A stretch of 61,785 nucleotides of DNA, filler included, from Pirum gemmata (taxonomy: Eukaryota), in NCBI GenBank assembly GCA_002812295.1. It is 21 parts of 21 records of this genome, joined end to end, with 100 filler letters (N's around TTAATTAATTAA, not from the genome) between each part and the next. Parts side by side here need not be neighbours in the genome. Positions count along the whole stretch, not along the records: positions 51,889 to 56,309 come from PDIN01005302.1; positions 56,410 to 59,057 come from PDIN01005303.1; positions 59,158 to 61,785 come from PDIN01005304.1; 18 more parts are not named here. One strand, 5' to 3'. Position numbers and translations under genes: made by a program. The first letter of the stretch is position 1. Every line of letters begins with the position of its first letter. Shown one piece after another: positions 52,620 through 61,785 of this stretch. The notes under the pieces are model-generated. The model did no database searches. It had not been told where the DNA came from and saw nothing but the letters and a program-made list of their open reading frames with translations.

Positions 52620-53407
52620 TTGTTATGATTTTATTGCAATTGAAAAATATTTCCTGTTTTTGTTTGTTTTTTTATTCATTCTTTTTGTAGTATTGTTGGT
52701 ATGTTTTGAAAACTGAAAGCAAAAGTTGCTTTTTAAAACTATGTGGCGTCTACATTGAATTTAAACTGGCATCATCATCTACATCATACATAGCATGCCA
52801 ATATTCCAATATATTTTAAAAAGACCAAATTGCGAAATGGCTATCACTATCAATATAGTTGTTGTTCGCACGCATATACGAAACGCGCCATACGCACGAA
52901 AAGCGATAACAAAATTTCTAGAGAAAAGGAAAAAATAAATGTAACATGCAAAAGGTGAAGAAATTCCATGTACTCGTTCTTTTGTAGCTGTAGCAAGGAT
53001 CACTGTGTGCCATTTTGCTAAGTAGCAATAGAATAGGTGGTGATGTTGATATTTTGTACATAAACCTTGAACCCTGAAGCTGCTGTCTTAATGTCAATGT
53101 ATTATGAATTCTAAAGCAAAATGCTGAAGTTGCATAATTTGAAGTATAAATCAGTTCAGTGTCTTTACTATCTTGGGTTAGAACGCGGGAAACAAATAGT
53201 AGAACACTGCCTTTGCTTTTATAAGGATAAAGCCATATTTGAACATAACCTGATATTAATAGTTACAAAGATAACTAAAACTTTGTTACGACCACAGAAA
53301 ATAAAAAGTAAAAAAAAATGGTAAAGTAGCTTTTGTGTTTTTAATGATTCTTATTTTTGAACATAAACCCAAATATTATCAGTGTGTTTGCAGTTTCAAA
53401 GATACGT

Positions 53408-54360
53408 TTATAAAACATGAAAAATAAAAATAGTGAACGTTGTTTGCCCCAGTGGGAGCATAATTCTCTTAACGAAAAAATGTTGAGTTGTGGTTTTTCG
53501 AACCTAAATTTTTTTTTATAAAACATGAAAAATAAAAATAGTGAATGTTGTTTGCCCCACTGGGAGCATAATTCTCTTAACGAAAAAATGTTGAGTTGTG
53601 ATTTTTCGAACCTAAAAAAAAAAAAAGCCACATAGTAGATCTAATACCAAGATATTATGATAAATCTATATGCAAACAAATAAATTGAATAATGAGAATT
53701 CGGTTCTGATATGGTAACTAGTCAACAAATGAAAACTGTGTTCAACAAGAATCGAAGATTCGGTTCTGATATGGTAACTAGTCAACAAATGAAAACTGTG
53801 TTCAACAAGAATCGAAGATTATAAATTTTACTTGTTTAGGGGAAAAATAGCTGGGTTGCTGAGGTTGTGATTTGTGAGCTTTAAAAATAAAATAAAGCCA
53901 TCCCTAATATAAGCAACATCAAGGTAATGAATTCAAACACTTCCTTGTAAACAAATAAATGGAATAATAATAATTTGGTTCTGACATACTAACTAGTAAA
54001 CAAATAAAAATTGTGTTATTAATAGTTATCAAAGATTTCTTATTTCTTATACTTGTTTAGGGAAAAAAGTTTGAAATAAATAAATTTCAAACGGTTCAAA
54101 CTTTCTTGAAACTTGCTTGTTTAGGGGGAAAAAACTAAAAAAAAGCCGTGATGCTAAAGTTGTGATTTTCGAACGTATACAAAAAAAGTCACCTAATATA
54201 AAGAAGCAATACCAAGCTAACAAATTCATACATTTGTGAAAAAATAAAGTGAATAATAATAATTTAGTTCTAAAATGGGAAGTAAAAAACATGTAAAAAT
54301 CGTGTGATTTTCAAGTCTATTATAAATTTTTGTACTTGTTTAGGAAACAAAGGTGGAGGC
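53408..54360 (+). repeat. Nested tandem repeats: ~108-bp duplication (53408-53615), exact 60-bp duplication (53698-53820), and degenerate units marked by TACTTGTTTAGGG
   Basis: Direct reading. Confidence 0.75.
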
Positions 54361-54566
54361 GTTAAAAAAATAAATAACAAAAAAGGTAAAAACAAAAAAA
54401 ATCAATGATTATTATTTTTTTTTAATTAAGTGTACGTTTTTATTTTATAAATTGAACAAAAAATAAATTGACGGTTTTTGTTCAGCAAAATCAAAAACCA
54501 AAAAACCAAAANCTGGTATTAATATTAATACTAATACTAATACTAATAATACAATAACTTATTGTG

Positions 54567-54636
<70 letters not shown>

Positions 54637-56210
54637 GCTATCGTTGAATAATATATATATAGGGCTGTGTATCATATTCATATTTCAACACATGAGGACT
54701 CAAATTCAATTAATGCATATATATGATACAATAATAATGTAATAATAATAATAATAAATACAAATATTTCCATATTTGAGTATTTCGAAAACTTTGGTTT
54801 CATTCGTCGCGATTCGTGAAAATTTCGTGCTAGCAATTTCGTGTTAGCAAATGGTCCACTACCTCTGTAACCTTATCCTAATAGAGCTAGTAGAGGCTGT
54901 AGAGCCCACTATATAGAGCCAATAGAATGGCATTAGTAACCATTGTAAACTAAGTTATAAATACTAAGTTACTATCCTGAATACTAACAGCCCAGAGTAG
55001 TCCACACCACAGTACAGTGTAGGTACAGTGACCACACTACAGTGACCACTGATCACACACCAGACGAGAGCCCATAATCCCCAGTCATATGACTCATATA
55101 ATCCTGCCCAAAGTGCCCATTACGAAAAGAAAAAAGAAAAAAAACAATAAAAGTGCGTATCCAATAAATTTTAACTATATTTTTTCCGATTGCCAATGAA
55201 TGGTGGTAATTGTTGCTTCCTTTTTTTTTGGGCAGTTACCCAAATTACAGTAAACCAATACCCACTTTAAGGGCCACTTAGCCAAATTACAGCCAATCAC
55301 ACAGAAAAATAATTTTAGACTTTTTGTAGGACTAAATTATGCCAAATCTGAACAACATTAATTTTCGAGCTCCAAATTTTGAGTACTTTTTGAGTTAGCA
55401 TTTTAATTACTTTTTTAAATTAAAATAGGTTTGAACTGGTTTGATTGAACTGTGAGTTGTATCTTACACACCACGATACTTTGTTTCTAGCTAGGATACC
55501 AGTTAACTTTTCATTGTATTATTATGATTTTTTTTTTTTAAAAAAAAAAAATTAAAAACGCAATATAATTAACGCACTACATTAAGAGCACGAGCCAAAA
55601 AGCCACTATCATGTCATATTACCTGGCACTGTAGAGCTACTAGCTAGAACATACTAGCTAGACCTACCAGTCTATGATTTATAATGTTAATTTTTTAATA
55701 CCAATATTAATATTTTTTAAATTTTTTTAAAAAAACATGATTCAAGCATATTATGTTATTATGTATAAGAAACGATTTAGGATTCTGATTTCAAGTGATA
55801 CTAAATGGTGTTAGGGTTAACGTTAGTTGGATAGGGTTAGGGTATCTTATTCTTTTTTCTTTTTCAATTTTACCAACCATTACATTTATTATTACCATTA
55901 TTCTTAATAAGCTAATGTCAACTATAACCACATGTGTAGTAGAATTAGGCATTTTAATAATATAATATTATAATACAATTAATAATATTATTCTATTAAA
56001 TTTGTATTATTGGATTTTAAATACTTATTCTTGTCACTATTATTATTAATAATCATTTTACATCTTATCTATCGTTGTTATTGCTAAACGAATTTGAATG
56101 TATACGAAAATTTAATGCCATTTATAAAAAGTAGTAGTAGTAGTATGGTGCAGAAGGAGGAGGAGGAGGAGAGGGAGTAATAGTAGTAATAATAGCAATA
56201 ATAATAATAA

Positions 56211-56254
<44 letters not shown>

Positions 56255-56409
56255 ATAGTAGTAGTAGAAGTAGTAGTAGTAGTAGTGGTGGTGGTGGTGG
56301 TGGTAGTAGNNNNNNNNNNNNNNNNNNNNNNNNNNNNNNNNNNNNNNNNNNNNTTAATTAATTAANNNNNNNNNNNNNNNNNNNNNNNNNNNNNNNNNNN
56401 NNNNNNNNN

Positions 56410-56442
<33 letters not shown>

Positions 56443-56859
56443 AACCCACTCCTAACCCTATTAGACCCTAACCCTGACCCTAACCCTAACCCTTTTTTAA
56501 ACAACAACAACAACAACAACAACTACAAAAAAAGAGCGTTAGCAAAGAGGCATCAATCATAGAAAGAGGCATATGATATCAATTGATATCATATCGATAG
56601 TTTACAAGGTTTATCAAAGACTCCATGAAAAAACAAAATTTAATTAAATTTTTGTCTTTCTAGTTGATAGCTCTAGCTAGTAGCTAGCTAAGTGCTAGCT
56701 ACTAGTATATAGAGCTATGATAATTATCATATAAAGTCTTTGTGTAGAGTCAGTGTATGATAGAGTCTTTGTGTTTATGCACCATATGACTCTCTGGATT
56801 TTAAAAAAATTAAACCAATCTAGAGCAAACTTTGTTATTAAATTTTAACATCATTGTTA

Positions 56860-57173
56860 GGGAGCGTTCAAATACTACGTAACGCTAATTTCCGGCAAAA
56901 ACCTACCCACCTACTCAAATGTCACACAATCGTAACATCGAGAAAAATGACCTACCCATAATGACGTAACGTTTTTTAAAAAAATAGTACCCTAATTAGT
57001 ATACTCAAAAAAGCAAAAAAAGCTCAAAAAATCCCAAAAAAAGCTCATTTTTTTTTTCCCACTATATAATTTTTTTGAGTGACGTAACATTGCGAAATAT
57101 CTACCTACCTACACTAATTAAATGATCACACTTTGGTCACAAAATTCTACCCCCCCTACCTACCCGTAAGCGT
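56860..57173 (+). mobile_element. MITE-like family A2 (~330 bp, same TIR as family A); copies at 58748-59057 and right end at 60441-60538
   Basis: Starts TTA|GGGAGCGTTCAAATACTACGTAAC; the matching right end GTTACGTAGTATTTGAACGCTCCC|TAA is seen at 60538; internal sequence shared. Confidence 0.72.
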
Positions 57174-59157
57174 CACTTTAAGCTCACAAAAGCCAAACTA
57201 AAGCGAAAAAAAGTAAATCTAGTCTATCTAGATTAGATTAGCTAGCTAACTATGATAGAGCAAGGACTTCAAGTCCTTGGATAGAGTTACATTTATAACA
57301 AGGCACTTTCTCGAATCAGGAAAATTTATAGGAAAACACTACTAGGAAAACACACTACTTGAACCAGCTGCTTGAAGTTTGAAGTTTGAACTTCAAGCCT
57401 TGAAGCAATTTGAATTTTGAAACTATTTTGAAGCACCACAGAGGAAGTTTAGGAGCGCTCCAATTGGTCACCTCATCAAAATGTGGAATTTATACTATTT
57501 TTTACCAAATTAGAGAGGGCGTGACATCACGTGACCATTACTAGTAGACGAACGCGACTTTAGTCTCTAGTAGTAGACCCTCTACCGGTCTAGTAGCTAG
57601 CTAGCTAGTAGCTCTACCGGTAGAGATTCTAGCTAGAGTGACCAGCTGTTCACTTGTTACTGGTAGATGTCTCTCTTTTCCTTTTTTTTATCATGTATCA
57701 TAAATATCTATCGATAGCTAGCTACTAGTAGTCTAGCTAGTAGGAGCTCTAGTAGGTATAAGTGGGGAAAAAACTTAGGCCAGTATATATAATTTATATG
57801 ATATAGCTGTATATATACAGGTATATAAATTTATCATAATAATTTTTTTTTAGATTTATTATAAATAAATTAGAGCACTTTAATTAATTAAGAATATAAA
57901 TATAAATATAAATATTATCGGTGATATAAATACACTATAAACCAGCTGCTATGGACACATAATTATATGATATTATTAATTTTTTTAAAATATTACGATG
58001 TATTTCTAACCCTATACTTAAATTATACTTTCCATATTATCATAATAATATGTATCAGAGACCCCAGGAAAAAAAGGTCTTTGGATTCATAATTATATAT
58101 ATCTGATATATCATATATATATATATATAGCAAAAAAACGGTATGTCATAGTCTAATGATGTATTATAAAATATTACATGATAAAATATTAGTATTTTCT
58201 AATAACTATTTTCTATCGATAGTAACTTCGAATCTTCGATAGTGTCATATCTGGTCTAAGATCGGTCAGTGGTCATTATACCGAGCACATGTAGTGCACA
58301 TTTGACGCTAGCTAGGTGGACTTATTTCTCCTGAGTCGTCCGTCTATCATACCATACTAGTCTATTATATTATTTCTACTACTATGATACCGGTGCTCTA
58401 GCCTCTAACTAGTAGCAGCTAGCTAGCTAGCTATCCCATCCCCTTCTGGTGTTTTTTTTTAATTAAAAAATAAATACACCACTAGCTCTCCCTGCCACGA
58501 CCACTAGCTAGAGTCTATAGACCGCTAGCTAGCTAGCTCTAGACCGCCAGGTGGTCGTGATATTATAAAAACGTTTGGATATCGATAAAAACGAGGAATA
58601 GAGCTATAGACTATGTTATGTGTGCATGATACTATTGATACGATACTTAGCTAGACTATGATATCATAGACTATTAGCTCATGCATGCATCCAGGGGCAT
58701 GCAATGCCATGCATACAATACAGACTAGTCTATTTATCGACTATCTAGGGAGCGTTCAATAATTACGTAACGCGAATTTGGGGCCAAAACCTACCCTACC
58801 CCCAATGTAACGCCTGGTCACGTATGAGAAGGACCCCCCCCCTTATGACGTAGCGATTTGGAAAAAATAGTACCCTAAATAATACTTTTAAAAAAAAAAA
58901 GCTCAAAAAAACGAAAAAAACTAAGTAAAAGAATAGTAACTGTTTTCAATCATACCTGGTAAGTTTATTTTATCATAGCTATTTTAGCTTTGTTTTTTTT
59001 TTTTTTTGCGTTACGTCATATTACAAATATCTACCTACCTACTATAATTAAATGCGTNNNNNNNNNNNNNNNNNNNNNNNNNNNNNNNNNNNNNNNNNNN
59101 NTTAATTAATTAANNNNNNNNNNNNNNNNNNNNNNNNNNNNNNNNNNNNNNNNNNNN

Positions 59158-61057
59158 TAAAGTGTTTCTAATAACCCCTGTGGAATTTTGAAAAAAGAAA
59201 TATCAATTTTTGTTTTTTTTTTGAAATTTTTCCTGGACTTCCTCGAGCTTCCTCGAGCTTCCTCGAGGAGTCGAGAAGGACTCGAGAAGGTCAGGAAAAA
59301 AAAATCTTATAATAATTAGTCACTAATTAGTCTCTGCTAGCTAGTAGCTAGTAGCTAGCTAGCTATCGTGCCTTTCATTTATTTTGTCACTCCGAATATT
59401 TATTTGGAGGGTTATAATCTTTAAATTGACATTTTTAAATCAATATATAGATAATAAAATATACCAAATTAAATTAAATGGATTTATATTGTATTAATTT
59501 GGAACTATTTTATGATGACAAAACAACTGAAAAGCACTATACTAGCAGTATACTAGCTAGCTATGATAGCTATGATAGACTATCATAGTCTATCGATACT
59601 ACTAGTCTACGCTCTACTCTAGCTAGCTAGCTACTACGAAGAGCTGGGTCTACTGTTAGCTATCATAGTAGTCTAGAGCTATCATAATATCAATATTATA
59701 TCATAATAACTATCATACAGTTCATACTATCAACGATACTCTACTAGCTAGTAGAGACTCTCTAGACTTGTCTATTCGTCAGAGCGTCATTTTAAATGAC
59801 AGCGTCATTTTAAAATGACGTTTTATCTCAAATCCAACGTGGTCGTATTAACACTTTTAATTACCCAAATGAGACGAAAAGTATATCAAATGAAAGGAAA
59901 TTACGTCAATATTATACAGTGAGCTGATCATGTCATTCATTCTCATTTCCTGAAAAGTTTGTCAAAGTAAAACTATTTTTTGTCATTTTGAAATGACAGT
60001 GCTTGTTGACGAATAGATATCTAGGTATGCTAGTCTCTAGCTGGCTAGGTGATCTAGTCTAGCTAGTAGTAACTAACTAGTAGCACTAGCTAGCTAGCTA
60101 GCTATCAGATAGTATATACTATACACACCCCTAGCTAGCTAGTAGTAGTAGTAGTATCATATCTGATAGTAGCTATCGTAATAGCTATCTGATACTAGTA
60201 AGTAGTAGTGTAATAATAATAGGTGGCTGCTGTGTTTTTGTTTTGTAAACATAAATTATTTTTCCCTGAATCTACAGACTACATACAGTCAATGATAGTC
60301 TACAGATATTTTAAAAAATTAAAAAGGTGCAAACTGCAAAGTTGCAAACCAGTGTGCGGGCTGTGTGCCACTGATAATTTGCAAAGGTCCGTCTGCCTGG
60401 TTCCATATTTTTATAACAATGCCATAATAGATAGTGTATATATCTACCTACCTACACTAATTAAATGGTCACACTTTGGTCACAAAATTCTACCCCCCCT
60501 ACCAACCCGTAAGTGTTACGTAGTATTTGAACGCTCCCTAAGGGTGCTCAATGCTCATCCCTCCTTTTCTATTACTAAAGTGTTTCTAATAACCCCTGTG
60601 GAATTTTGAAAAAAGAAATATCAATTTTTGTTTTTTTTTTGAAATTTTTCCTGGACTTCCTCGAGCTTCCTCGAAGCTATGATAGCTATGATAGACTATT
60701 CGAGAAGGTCAGGAAAAAAAAATCTTATAATAATTAGTCACTAATTAGTCTCTGCTAGCTAGTAGCTAGTAGCTAGCTAGCTATCGTGCCTTTCATTTAT
60801 TTTGTCACTCCGAATATTTATTTGGAGGGTTATAATCTTTAAATTGACATTTTTAAATCAATATATAGATAATAAAATATACCAAATTAAATTAAATGGA
60901 TTTATATTGTATTAATTTGGAACTATTTTATGATGACAAAACAACTGAAAAGCACTATACTAGCAGTATACTAGCTAGCTATGATAGCTATGATAGACTA
61001 TCATAGTCTATCGATACTACTAGTCTACGCTCTACTCTAGCTAGCTAGCTACTACGA
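59158..61057 (+). repeat. 482-bp direct duplication (59158-59639 / 60576-61057, offset 1418 bp)
   Basis: The copies appear identical by eye except for one 25-nt block. Confidence 0.88.
59771..60017. mobile_element. ~247-bp TIR element with palindromic subterminal repeats
   Basis: TCTATTCGTCA...TGACGAATAGA; GTCATTTT(A/G)AAATGAC-type palindromes near both ends; flanked by TAGC filler. Confidence 0.6.
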
Positions 61058-61785
61058 TAGAGGAATGACGTGACGTCATCATCCCTATGGCTAAAAAAAA
61101 AGGGGGCAGGTTACAAATCAGAAAAGGCCTTGCCATATTTTGCCCATAATTATTAATTATGGCAAAACCGAAAAACGGCTAACCTAGGTTCCAACTACAG
61201 GGCCAATTTTCATAATTTTAGTCTAAAAAAAAAATTGGCAAAATTTAGACTTAAAGCCTTAAATATAATTTGTACCCTACCTACTATTAGTATGATGACG
61301 TCATGTTATCCCTCCTATTAGGACCTGTAGCTACTATTAGTAGCTAGCTAGCTAGCTATCAAAAGCTCTATCAAACTCTAGCTAGCTAGCTAGTAGTAGA
61401 AAAAAAAAAAAAAGAGCTTCATTTTTCGATCGAGTTTCGTTTTTGATTTTTCCTTTTCGAGTTCACTTATAATTATATTTATTTGTTTGTTTGTTGTGCT
61501 TTTCATTTATTTTGTCACTCCTAGTATTTATTTGGTTGTTTATAATATTTAAATTGATATTTTTAAATAAATATGTATATGATAAAATATACCAAATTAA
61601 ATGAAATGGGTTTATATTGCATTAATTTGGTACTATTTATTTTTTATTTTTTGACGACAAAATAACTGGAAAGCCCGATATTTATTTATCGATTCATTTA
61701 TCGACTTTTTTTTTGGGGTACAAAGCTGTTTGATTGAATATCGAATCGAAAAAAAAAAAAAATTTTAAAAAAAAAAAAAAAAAAA

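Noticed and set aside
53698..53820. CRISPR-like repeat
   Set aside because: Head-to-tail 60-bp duplication with no unique spacers, in a eukaryotic context with no cas genes.
60223..60609. 128-aa ORF
   Set aside because: GTG start, runs through a MITE end, and has no recognisable motif.
59158..61057. LTR retrotransposon or TRIM
   Set aside because: No TG...CA ends, PBS or PPT seen; the repeats themselves contain a MITE and filler, so a local duplication is more likely.

Overview
This is AT-rich eukaryotic DNA, not a prokaryotic locus. The window is an artificial concatenation of about 21 short contigs, most about 2.6 kb, joined by 20 identical 100-bp spacers (N44-TTAATTAATTAA-N44), so neighbouring contigs carry no synteny information. 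Two genes are complete and intronless: a type-I membrane vWA + thrombospondin-repeat adhesin (TRAP/MIC2-like, with an NPxF tail) and a secreted, probably GPI-anchored CotH kinase. Spliced gene fragments include PAN2, a SelD-fusion-type FAD oxidoreductase, a SHOC2-like LRR protein, a PCTAIRE-motif CDK5-like kinase, WBP11, an SLC49/FLVCR-like MFS transporter, a Myxococcus-type cysteine-rich repeat protein and several unknown secreted proteins. Introns are filled with microsatellites and telomere-like (CCCTAA/TTAGGG, CCCTAAA) arrays. Non-genic contigs contain at least seven short TIR (MITE-like) families embedded in unusual 'TA-(1-4 nt)-TA' palindromic filler (TAGCTA, TATGATA, TAGACTA, TACTCTA). 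Internal comparisons show this filler being inserted in three ways: a TA-TGA-TA footprint in one arm of a foldback element, filler flanked by 8-10 bp duplications, and a 25-for-25 nt templated replacement. All protein identifications come from motif recognition, not database searches, and the organism cannot be named from the sequence alone.
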